Positions 38,301-46,254 of a stretch of 64,000 nucleotides of DNA are shown here, in pieces. The notes beneath the pieces are model-generated. The model did not search any database. It was not told the origin of the DNA and was given only the letters and a program-made list of their open reading frames with translations. The stretch lies in the IMG/VR virus record IMGVR_UViG_3300027820_000030, one strand, 5' to 3'. This stretch comes from an uncultured virus (IMG/VR IMGVR_UViG_3300027820_000030). Lineage: Duplodnaviria; Heunggongvirae; Uroviricota; Caudoviricetes. Made by a program: the position numbers and the translations under genes. Position 1 is the first letter of the stretch. Every line of letters starts with the position of its first letter.

Positions 38301-38993
38301 ATGATTGAAATAAAAAACAGATTTACAGGGGGAATTATCCACAGTGGTGATTTCCAAAGCGTTAAAGAATGTTTGCTTGATGCTATTAAAAATGACGCAA
38401 ACCTACGGGGCGCAAACCTACGGGGCGCAGACCTACGGTACGCAAACCTAGAGGACGCAAACCTACGGGGCGCAGACCTACGGTACGCAAACCTAGAGGA
38501 CGCAAACCTACTGGGCGCAAACCTACTGGACGCAGACCTAGGGGGCGCAAACCTAGGGGGCGCAAACCTACGGTACGCAAACCTACGGTACGCAAACCTA
38601 GAGGACGCAAACCTACTGGGCGCAAACCTACTGGACGCAGACCTAGGGGGCGCAAACCTAGGGGGCGCAAACCTACGGTACGCAAACCTACGGGGCGCAG
38701 ACCTACGGTACGCAAACCTAGGGGACGCAGACCTACGTTGGTGTGCTGGCAATAAATGCGAAATCAAATCACTATGGTTTAGTGATGTATACCCAATAAC
38801 CTATACATCGGAATATATGCAAATTGGCTGTGAGCGTCACAAAATTGCCGATTGGTGGGAATTTGACGACAAGCGCATTTTAAAAATGGATGGTAAAACT
38901 GCATTGAAGTTTTGGCGGGAAAATAAAGATTTGATTAAGCAGATTGTTGACGCCAATCCAGCCAAGCCTACAGGCAAGGAGTCTGACAAATGA
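38301..38993 (+). CDS. Pentapeptide-repeat protein
   Basis: 23 A(N/D)Lxx repeats; C-terminal MQIGCERH..W domain. Confidence 0.92.
   Translation: MIEIKNRFTGGIIHSGDFQSVKECLLDAIKNDANLRGANLRGADLRYANLEDANLRGADLRYANLEDANLLGANLLDADLGGANLGGANLRYANLRYANLEDANLLGANLLDADLGGANLGGANLRYANLRGADLRYANLGDADLRWCAGNKCEIKSLWFSDVYPITYTSEYMQIGCERHKIADWWEFDDKRILKMDGKTALKFWRENKDLIKQIVDANPAKPTGKESDK
38397..38741 (+). repeat. 15-bp tandem repeat GCA(A/G)ACCTA-N6, 23 copies
   Basis: Invariant codons in every unit. Confidence 0.92.
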
Positions 38994-39597
38994 CAAAACA
39001 ACAACTACTAGCGCTGTTGCGTGAGGCGCTATCTGACTGTATTTGCAAGGGTATAAGCATTAACGAGTATATCAAAGAGGTAGAGCGCACAAACCACGTA
39101 GGTGATTTGGAGTTGCCGGCGCTTTCATCTGACACCCAATGCGAACATGAATATGTCGTTAGATATGACCACGGCACATGCAAAAAGTGCGGGTGGATAT
39201 TTACTGACGGCGGCTGGGGAACTGCTAAACGCATGTGGTTTAAAAGCCTTGATGATGCAAAGTTCTATAAGCAGCATGGTCGACTACCACAACCACCGGA
39301 GGGAGTATGAGTGAGTTAAAGCAAATGTTAAGTCTTCAATTAAGACTGGCGAGAAAGTCGGGGGCGAATGCTATGGCTGATTTACTTGGCAACTCGAAAA
39401 GAGAAATCGAGCGGCTAGAATCACAGGTTAGGCAAATGTCAGAGTTATGCTTGACGGTTGAGGAAGTAAATTCAATCAAAGCCGATGCTGTGCGTGAGGC
39501 TGCTAAAGAAATTAACTGGACTGCACTTACAAAGCCGCAGCAGGCAAAGGACGCGCTTGTTTATCTGGCGAACAAATTGGAGAAGGGCGAGTTATGA
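38990..39597 (+). other. Two small hypothetical ORFs (38990-39310, 39307-39597)
   Basis: ATGA-coupled ORFs. Confidence 0.65.
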
Positions 39598-39890
39598 AAA
39601 CCTGCGAATACCTGCGAAAGCGGATGCTGAATGAGTTGGTAACAATTCATGGCCCTAATTGCTGCGAGTACGCTGACATTGATGATGTAATCGAATTCAT
39701 CCTCAGCCGCGACAAAGACCTTGCTGTATCTGTTTCTGAGTTCGTAAGCGCAACAGGAAGTAAAATCAAGGCCGCCGAGAAGTTAGGATGCAGCCGAAAC
39801 ACGATTTTGCGCTATGAAGATGACACAGATTGCAAATACCACCACGTTTACAATGGCCGATTGTTTACGGCTAAGGGTAGCGCGCAGTGA
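39594..39890 (+). CDS. NinH-like HTH protein
   Basis: AAEKLGCSRNTILRY..D....HHVYNGRL. Confidence 0.65.
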   Translation: MKTCEYLRKRMLNELVTIHGPNCCEYADIDDVIEFILSRDKDLAVSVSEFVSATGSKIKAAEKLGCSRNTILRYEDDTDCKYHHVYNGRLFTAKGSAQ

Positions 39891-40066
39891 GTCAGGGTGT
39901 CTTATTCGGATACAGTGAAACATATTACGAGATACACGCGTATCTAATTGATGTCTGCTCGTATTCTAACGAGGCTGCACATGATTACATTTTAGAGGCT
40001 TGCCCGCATGTGCTGGCGCATGATTTTGTGCCAGCACCCGTTACAAGTTTGGAGTATGAAAAATGA
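39887..40066 (+). CDS. 59-aa hypothetical protein spanning the repeat start
   Basis: GTGA/ATGA coupled; its 3' part is duplicated at 1-158. Confidence 0.55.
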   Translation: MSQGVLFGYSETYYEIHAYLIDVCSYSNEAAHDYILEACPHVLAHDFVPAPVTSLEYEK

Positions 40067-40099
40067 CCAAAAACACAGGCAAAGCATCGTCGCCAGGAT
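39909..40099 (+). repeat. Direct repeat, copy 2
   Basis: Matches 1-191. Confidence 0.95.
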
Positions 40100-40219
40100 T
40101 AATCGCCTTGCTTGAGCGTAACGGCGTAAAACCAACTGGCGACAGCGATAAAGATTTAAAATTGGCCAAAAGGTTTATGCCTAAGCCATATAGGTAAGCA
40201 AAAAGTAAGGAGCGGATTC

Positions 40220-40615
40220 GTGATAGAAATAGTAAGAGGGACAACCGATTTAATATTTTACTTTGGCGAAGATGCAGCGGCAGCTGCTTACGCGTCAATA
40301 TGCCTGATAACCATTATGGCGCTAAAGGAAAATAAACTTCTAACAAAGGGAGCATTGCTGGCAGTATTGATTTTCCCGATTTACATTTATTTGACTCCGC
40401 TTTTGATAGGATTAATTTTGCTTATGTGCATCATTGCTTTTGGTTTTATGTTGGTTGACAAGCTTTGCGACAAGCCGGAGCTGGAAGAATTGCAGGATAT
40501 TAACTATTACTCTGAATTCAAAACAACAGTTGATCACGGCATGAAAGAGAAATTAAGGCAAAAGCGAAGAGAATCAAAACTGGTCAAACCACATAATCGA
40601 AAAATGGTGGTATAG
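40220..40615 (+). CDS. Membrane protein
   Basis: Hydrophobic segments, AAGGAG RBS. Confidence 0.6.
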   Translation: MIEIVRGTTDLIFYFGEDAAAAAYASICLITIMALKENKLLTKGALLAVLIFPIYIYLTPLLIGLILLMCIIAFGFMLVDKLCDKPELEELQDINYYSEFKTTVDHGMKEKLRQKRRESKLVKPHNRKMVV

Positions 40616-40616
40616 T
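40581..40616 (+). promoter_or_regulatory. TGGTCAAACCA box + 19 bp + TATAGT
   Basis: Homologous to 591-626. Confidence 0.75.
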
Positions 40617-40643
40617 TAAATTATCAACTAACGGAGAAATGAA

Positions 40644-40814
40644 ATGCCAATTAGAGATGCTTGGAAATTTAAGTGGTTTGAGAATGGCGACTACAGCATA
40701 CCATTTGACGAATACGATATTGAAGATGATGTAGCCAGCCTTAGCATAAAGGGCCGAATATCAGCCAGACTTACAGGTGAAGCGCGAAAGGCGTTTTTGG
40801 AAGAGATTAAATAA
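40644..40814 (+). CDS. 56-aa hypothetical protein
   Basis: GGAG RBS, first ORF after the promoter. Confidence 0.5.
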   Translation: MPIRDAWKFKWFENGDYSIPFDEYDIEDDVASLSIKGRISARLTGEARKAFLEEIK

Positions 40815-40892
40815 ATATCAAGCGCAGCCGGAGGTCGCAAACACCGGCAGGTTTATTGGCTTAAACTCTATACATCATTATCACCACTTTAA

Positions 40893-41004
40893 ATGATTGC
40901 TGAGACGCATACTTGCCAGATAAACCCGATTCACTCCCGTAAGGAGTGTGTTTTGAGGATTGCTAGTGTAAAGCGCTGTAACAGGTTCGAGTCCTGACCA
41001 TCAT
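40893..41004 (+). ncRNA. Structured RNA with T-arm-like hairpin
   Basis: CAGG-TTCGAGT-CCTG, ATGATTG/CCATCAT closing stem, internal hairpins. Confidence 0.4.
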
Positions 41005-41134
41005 CATTAACCTGTGATGAAAGTGTAAGCCTAGCGCTATATAAGATTTACGGCACAGGTACTCAGTACCAGCAATCCATCAAAGCAACCAACAACACCG
41101 CAGCAGTAACGCGGATAACCAAGGATTTACTGCT

Positions 41135-41311
41135 ATGCGTAGAAGAAATATAGAGGCACCTTTTGTACAAATTGGCAAGAATGCTAAGATATTTGAGTGC
41201 GGCATTTTGGTCGCTATTGTTCTTACTGTTTTTACCTTTGCTGTTTGCTCTGTCGGGCCAATGATTATTGGCGACTCATTACCGGAAGCAACTAAGGTTA
41301 TCACAGAGTAG
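41135..41311 (+). CDS. 58-aa membrane peptide, copy B
   Basis: Homolog of 675-851. Confidence 0.7.
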   Translation: MRRRNIEAPFVQIGKNAKIFECGILVAIVLTVFTFAVCSVGPMIIGDSLPEATKVITE

Positions 41312-41318
41312 TTTCAAC

Positions 41319-41391
41319 GCCACCGGCAGTTACGCATAATTTAACTGTTAGCGCAGTCGCGATGTGTGGCTACCTCAAACCGGTGGCACCA
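41319..41391 (+). ncRNA. 73-nt CCA-ended structured RNA, copy B
   Basis: Ends CCGGTGGC-A-CCA. Confidence 0.5.
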
Positions 41392-41405
41392 TTTTTGGAG
41401 GAAAT

Positions 41406-41525
41406 ATGATTCTAACACGCCGGCTAAACGGCTGGACAATCGAAAACATAGCGCTAAAGCACGGTGTGCGCGTTGAAACTGTCGTGGCTTATTTGCGGGA
41501 TCGTAGTGGGGAGTGGGTTAAGTGA
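41406..41525 (+). CDS. HTH-like micro-protein, copy B
   Basis: GGAGG RBS; homolog of 1569-1691. Confidence 0.55.
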   Translation: MILTRRLNGWTIENIALKHGVRVETVVAYLRDRSGEWVK

Positions 41526-42265
41526 AATACATGGGAAGCAAAGCGAGGCACGCAAAAGAGCTGCTACCTATAATTCTGCGTAACCGAAAAGAGGGGCAGT
41601 GGTATGTCGAACCATTCGTTGGCGGCGCAAATATGATTGATAAGGTCGATGGTAATCGTATAGGGGCTGATGTTAACCCTTATTTAATAGCGCTGCTTTG
41701 GCACTGCGAAGAGCAGAGAAGTCACGACCTGCCATCTAGGATATACGAAGAAGAATATACCCACATAAGGGATAATAAAAACCTTTATTCGGATTTCATT
41801 GTCGGGCATATTGGTTTTAATGCAAGCTTCGGCAGTAAATGGTTTGGCGGCTATGCTAGACCTAGAAAATCAAGCGGGTATGACAGGGATTTAATTTGCG
41901 GTAAAAACGCGCTCATAAAAAAGATGCCACTAGTGAAAGGGGTTACTTTTATCTGCAGTTCTTACGATGAATTCAAAATCCCACCAAAAAGCATAATTTA
42001 CTGTGACCCGCCATACGAAAACACAACAGGCTACAAAGATAAATTTAATCACGCCGACTTTTGGCAGTGGTGTCGCGATAAATGCAAAGAAGGTCACGAG
42101 GTGTTTATCAGTGAATATAATGCTCCAAGCGACTTTGTTTGCGTGTGGGAGAAATCAACAGGCGTATCGGTTGCGAAAGATGGAAAGCATAAAAAGGCAA
42201 CAGAAAAGCTATTTGCGCATGAGTCACAAGTCGATACTTGTAACGATATTGGAATTATTGATTAG
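41522..42265 (+). CDS. DNA adenine methyltransferase (D12 / Dam class)
   Basis: KYMGSK, YVEPFVGGA, IYCDPPY, ISEY. Confidence 0.9.
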   Translation: MKYMGSKARHAKELLPIILRNRKEGQWYVEPFVGGANMIDKVDGNRIGADVNPYLIALLWHCEEQRSHDLPSRIYEEEYTHIRDNKNLYSDFIVGHIGFNASFGSKWFGGYARPRKSSGYDRDLICGKNALIKKMPLVKGVTFICSSYDEFKIPPKSIIYCDPPYENTTGYKDKFNHADFWQWCRDKCKEGHEVFISEYNAPSDFVCVWEKSTGVSVAKDGKHKKATEKLFAHESQVDTCNDIGIID

Positions 42266-42284
42266 CCGCCTTCGGGCGGTTTAT
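42264..42284. terminator. Hairpin terminator with UUCG loop
   Basis: AGCCGCC-TTCG-GGCGGTT between convergent genes. Confidence 0.7.
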
Positions 42285-42757
42285 TATTTCTTGCTATCAA
42301 TACCATTCTTTTTGTCATAGCTACGCATACTCGCAACGCCAAGCAAAGCCATGACCAATCCGATAATGTCAGACACGCCTAAATCAGGAAATGCGGGCAC
42401 AATAAGGTTAGATGCACCATCCCAAGCGTTAAGCATAGTAATCGCCTGCACGGTCCATATGTATGTCATAACAAGCGCTTTAGGTACATACATTAGGAAT
42501 AGTGACACAGCACCAACCCATCCTATTGCAGGTCGCCACCACGCTTGAAACTTGCTTTTACTATTAGCGTCAATCTTGTTTATGTCAATCTGACCAACCA
42601 AAAGCTTAACTTGCGCCTGCAACCTTTCCATATCGCCACTGTGAGCGATTGTGGCAAGCTCTAGTTTGCGCTTGTCGGCTTCATCAGCATCAGGCCAAAT
42701 CTTGTCTATTATTGTGCTGCCTGCGTCTAACAGGGCTGTAATTGGGTCGGCTGCCAT
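42284..42757 (-). CDS. Holin, 3TM (GTA-holin-like)
   Basis: IIDKIWPD, WRPAIGWVG, LLG...MRSYDK. Confidence 0.8.
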   Translation of the reverse strand: MAADPITALLDAGSTIIDKIWPDADEADKRKLELATIAHSGDMERLQAQVKLLVGQIDINKIDANSKSKFQAWWRPAIGWVGAVSLFLMYVPKALVMTYIWTVQAITMLNAWDGASNLIVPAFPDLGVSDIIGLVMALLGVASMRSYDKKNGIDSKK

Positions 42758-43164
42758 TAGCTCGCAATCTCCAAAACAAATGAATCTTCACCATACCACT
42801 GTAAGAGTAATTCGCAAGCTTTCAGTGAATCCACCGCGACGGGTTCGCTCGTCATTGGCCCGCCTTTTATGTCGAGACAGGGCGCAACGCAGCCAAGCAG
42901 ATGCCTTAGGAGCGAAACAGGATGAATCTCAATATTCGTGCGCGGGTCAGTTTCTTCGTTGCGGAATTTGTACCAGCGATGCTTGCCGGTATGGTCGCGG
43001 TCTACGATGTATTGGCCTTCTGGGATGCAGGACGCTTTTCGCCAGTCTGAATTGATTTCGTTATTTCGCCAGGGTAGCTCTAATGTGTAGATTAGCTGGC
43101 CGTCTGGTAGATACCACTCACCGGCCGTGTAGTGTTTGTGGTAGTTACGGGTTATTTTCGCCAT
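42757..43164 (-). CDS. Putative endolysin (DUF5675-like), near-identical to 2133-2525
   Basis: Direct protein comparison. Confidence 0.7.
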   Translation of the reverse strand: MAKITRNYHKHYTAGEWYLPDGQLIYTLELPWRNNEINSDWRKASCIPEGQYIVDRDHTGKHRWYKFRNEETDPRTNIEIHPVSLLRHLLGCVAPCLDIKGGPMTSEPVAVDSLKACELLLQWYGEDSFVLEIAS

Positions 43165-43459
43165 TACGCTTAGATTCCTGAGCTTTTAGCTTGTACTCTA
43201 AACGTCTATAGTACACATCGCAAGCATTCTTAACAGCAAGCGAAATAACACCGATTAGCGGTGCCCATGCTAACCAGTCTGGTGCGTATTCAGCGCACTG
43301 CTGCGCGACTTCACCACCGACAACCTTAACCGCCGTATTAGCTGTGCCTATGCCTATACCGCCAACGCCTGCATAGGTGATAGCTTTGCTTACAGTCGCA
43401 TTACCATAGTCACTAATCGCCCTCGTTATCGTCCCTATAATCTCGCTTAAGTTGCTCAT
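43145..43459 (-). CDS. Small membrane protein (holin-like)
   Basis: Two hydrophobic segments, charged C-terminus. Confidence 0.55.
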   Translation of the reverse strand: MSNLSEIIGTITRAISDYGNATVSKAITYAGVGGIGIGTANTAVKVVGGEVAQQCAEYAPDWLAWAPLIGVISLAVKNACDVYYRRLEYKLKAQESKRNGENNP

Positions 43460-43920
43460 GGTTTTGCGCTCTCTTTCGTATGTGACTGATTGTGCCATAA
43501 ATTGACCACCCCAATAGGATTAAAGACAGCATTTCGATAAGATCCCTTACTGTCATTATAACCCCTATCAAGGCTTGCAAGTATTAGCAAAAAGTTTAAC
43601 GCATTATTCAGCAAAAAGTAAGACTCTGATATTAGCGTTTGATTCTCATAAATAAAGTAATCAATGCCAACAAAAAGATGAAATGCAGCGTAAACACATA
43701 GTGCCGTAGCAAGCGGTTTTCTCGCATAGAATGCAGGAAAAATAAACGCCATACCCTGAGTGAAGTGGTTTATGACTGCCGTGTGTGAGTCGAATAGCGG
43801 TGAGCCGTATGAGTAGTAAAATGTGAACGCGAACGGAATTGAAAGACAAAAAGAATTAGCGGTACGCAGAAAAACTGCAATACCGCATACAATCAACAAC
43901 TGAATTAAATCAGTTATCAT
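43456..43920 (-). CDS. Multi-TM membrane protein
   Basis: Hydrophobic; syntenic with 2877-3251. Confidence 0.6.
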   Translation of the reverse strand: MITDLIQLLIVCGIAVFLRTANSFCLSIPFAFTFYYSYGSPLFDSHTAVINHFTQGMAFIFPAFYARKPLATALCVYAAFHLFVGIDYFIYENQTLISESYFLLNNALNFLLILASLDRGYNDSKGSYRNAVFNPIGVVNLWHNQSHTKESAKP

Positions 43921-43973
43921 TTCTTTTTGGTGCCGCCGGTGCGGGTCTTGCCTTTGGTTTTGTTGCCTGCCAT
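43917..43973 (-). CDS. 18-aa basic micropeptide MAGNKTKGKTRTGGTKKK
   Basis: Coupled to the next gene; syntenic with 3248-3343. Confidence 0.4.
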   Translation of the reverse strand: MAGNKTKGKTRTGGTKKK

Positions 43974-44024
43974 ATCCTAGCCCTCATAGTTACGCGGAGA
44001 TTTCTTAGTTGTCATAATTTACCC

Positions 44025-46244
44025 TTAAAAATAAGTTAATGCGTTAAATTCAAAAACGCCGCTGTATGCGCCGTCGCCTGCTGTTCCTGATTTTTCCATA
44101 TACAGTACATCACCTGCGCTGAAATATCTATCAGATAGGGAAGAAAGCGATGAAGTTAGGTTTTTAGCGCTAAACGCAGCGTCGCCAGACGTACCCACGC
44201 CAAATGTAACCATTGTTGTTACCGTGCCTCCAGTATCACGCTTTTTGAGTTGCCAGAAGTCGTTAACGGTAGCCGTGTTCGCATCCTCAAACACGAAGTG
44301 AACCTTTAGAATAACGCCTGCTGTCGTCATCCTTTTGCACAAGTAAGTCGGGCCTGCCGCGATACCTGCTGTAACCTGCGCCGACTGGAACTCAGTGTCT
44401 GAGATAACGTTATTCAAGCTGGAGCTTGAGCTAAATACATCGGTAGCACCAGAAAGGATTGAGCCAGATTTTATGAAAATGTGGTCATTCGATTCTGTTG
44501 TTACAATGTCAAATACACTGCCGGTTACGTTGTGTGCAATGATATTCTCAATGATAATCGGGCCATCGCTGAATCCATTAATTCCGCCGTGGTCTGCATT
44601 GATTCTAAATACATCTCCAGTCGCCTCTCTAAAAATCATGTTAGAGAAAATCAGGCTATTGGTTAATTCAGCAGGAAGCCACACGGCAGCCCATCCACCG
44701 GCATCTGTGTTCCAATTTGTTATGGTCATATCAGAGAAGACGTGAGCCTCACCGCCCAAATTGGTATGGGTTGCACCCTCTATGGTGATAGCCTCCTCCC
44801 TCACCCCGTCAATAGAGTAGCCAGTGTGGACCGTGCCAGTGAAAACGCCCTCCGTGTCAATGGCTGGTGTGGGCGGCGTGGTTGTTGGGAATATTGAGGC
44901 TCCAATGCGGATACCTTGACCGCAATCAACAATCGAGACGCCAGAGCCAGCAAACGACCTTGCATGGTCTTCGAAGTGGATAGCCTCATTGCGACAATCT
45001 TTAATCAAGGCGCCTGAAAGGGCAATACCTCTAAAACGTTCAGGCTCGTCTGACTCGTTAGCCAAGGCAATGCCGAAACCCTCGCCGATTAGGTTTGCGT
45101 CAGATATACCTGAAATCAGTATGCCGGACATCGCGCCGCCGACCATTTCGCCGTCTAAACTAACGCCGATCTTCCCTGCGTCGTTCGTAGACGAGCCTTT
45201 AAAGAAGCCATTAACCAGAAGAAAATCGCTACCTTCATGATAGTTAGGGTCTGCAGGGTCCGTGACAAACGCGTCTGAAAACTGAGGCTTCCATAGCAGC
45301 CCATAATCTTCAAACTCCAGGTTAATATCTGACGCGTGATGATAGTGTGACTCATTAACGTAGAATATAGGGTAAGTTCCACGGCCTGTGAACGCACCAG
45401 TAATGCCCTTTACTATTGTGTTGTCAGCCTCTTGTATGGTTACTCCGCGTAAAGACTGTGATGCACCAACAACATTAAAATTAATCCCGCTAACAAACAA
45501 GCCGTCTGCACCATTGCATCGAAAAATAGCATCACCGACGCCGTACCCGCTTGAGTCGGTAGCTGTAATGGATGACTTGTTTGATTCGCCAACTATGGTT
45601 TTGTTTGTAGTTAGTACTGGAACTTGCGACTCAACGTTGAACGTTCCGTCGGGCACAACAACCTTATCACCGTTGGCTAATGAGTCGATTAACACCTGCC
45701 TAGAATCAGCAGAGCCGGAATCGTCACCGCCAAACGCATCAAGGTCAGATCCTTTTTGAATCTTGCCAACCCGTCCATTAGCAAACGTAACATCACCAGC
45801 CAAAGCCACATAGCCAAGCGTTTGCAAGATGTACTTAGCATTGCCTCGCTCTTGGCAGATAAAGGCTAGTCCGTCAGTTTCAGGCTCCAGTGCTTCTAGT
45901 CCGGCAAATGTCTCTACCTCAATGGTGCCAGCCTGCCAACTCGCTGAACTTCCGTCAGTGGTCAGGAATTTCCCCTGTTGGCCTGTTTGCGTAGGGAGCG
46001 CACCTGCAATAATACTGTCGATATCACTCTGAACGTTGCCGCCTACCGTCTTGATATACTTAGCGTCAGCGATTTCCGATGCCTTGCCTACTCTGCCATT
46101 AGCAAACGTTACATCGTCACCGGTGGCTACATAGCCGCTCGCCTGAACGATGTAGTAATAAAGGTTTTCACGACAATAAATCATCAGGCCAGTTTTGCTT
46201 TGCGTGCTGGCTGTTAATTCCGCTAAGGTTGAATATTCTTTCAT
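44025..46244 (-). CDS. Tailspike 2 (duplicated N-terminal domain + beta-helix)
   Basis: DVTFANGRVGK occurs twice; FGGDDSGSADS..VVVPDGTF pectate-lyase-like start. Confidence 0.8.
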   Translation of the reverse strand: MKEYSTLAELTASTQSKTGLMIYCRENLYYYIVQASGYVATGDDVTFANGRVGKASEIADAKYIKTVGGNVQSDIDSIIAGALPTQTGQQGKFLTTDGSSASWQAGTIEVETFAGLEALEPETDGLAFICQERGNAKYILQTLGYVALAGDVTFANGRVGKIQKGSDLDAFGGDDSGSADSRQVLIDSLANGDKVVVPDGTFNVESQVPVLTTNKTIVGESNKSSITATDSSGYGVGDAIFRCNGADGLFVSGINFNVVGASQSLRGVTIQEADNTIVKGITGAFTGRGTYPIFYVNESHYHHASDINLEFEDYGLLWKPQFSDAFVTDPADPNYHEGSDFLLVNGFFKGSSTNDAGKIGVSLDGEMVGGAMSGILISGISDANLIGEGFGIALANESDEPERFRGIALSGALIKDCRNEAIHFEDHARSFAGSGVSIVDCGQGIRIGASIFPTTTPPTPAIDTEGVFTGTVHTGYSIDGVREEAITIEGATHTNLGGEAHVFSDMTITNWNTDAGGWAAVWLPAELTNSLIFSNMIFREATGDVFRINADHGGINGFSDGPIIIENIIAHNVTGSVFDIVTTESNDHIFIKSGSILSGATDVFSSSSSLNNVISDTEFQSAQVTAGIAAGPTYLCKRMTTAGVILKVHFVFEDANTATVNDFWQLKKRDTGGTVTTMVTFGVGTSGDAAFSAKNLTSSLSSLSDRYFSAGDVLYMEKSGTAGDGAYSGVFEFNALTYF

Positions 46245-46254
46245 CGCTAAAATC

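Larger units (their letters stand above)
1..39908. mobile_element. Phage unit A: apparently complete, circularly permuted siphovirus-type genome
   Basis: Has lysis, tail (tube, chaperone, tape measure), head, terminase, replication and recombination modules; sequence at 39909 repeats position 1, closing the circle. Confidence 0.85.

Noticed and set aside
38397..38741. CRISPR-like array
   Set aside because: Period is 15 bp with no unique spacers, it is in-frame coding, and there are no cas genes
38246..38767. Minus-strand repetitive ORFs (RFAPRR.., GLRPVGLR..)
   Set aside because: Shadows of the pentapeptide repeat
40975..41004. Canonical tRNA gene
   Set aside because: Only a T-arm-like hairpin; no proper D-arm or anticodon arm spacing
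43917..44015. Genome-wide stop-codon reassignment suggested by an in-frame TAG
   Set aside because: Long genes are intact in code 11, TAG ends several genes normally, and no suppressor tRNA is seen
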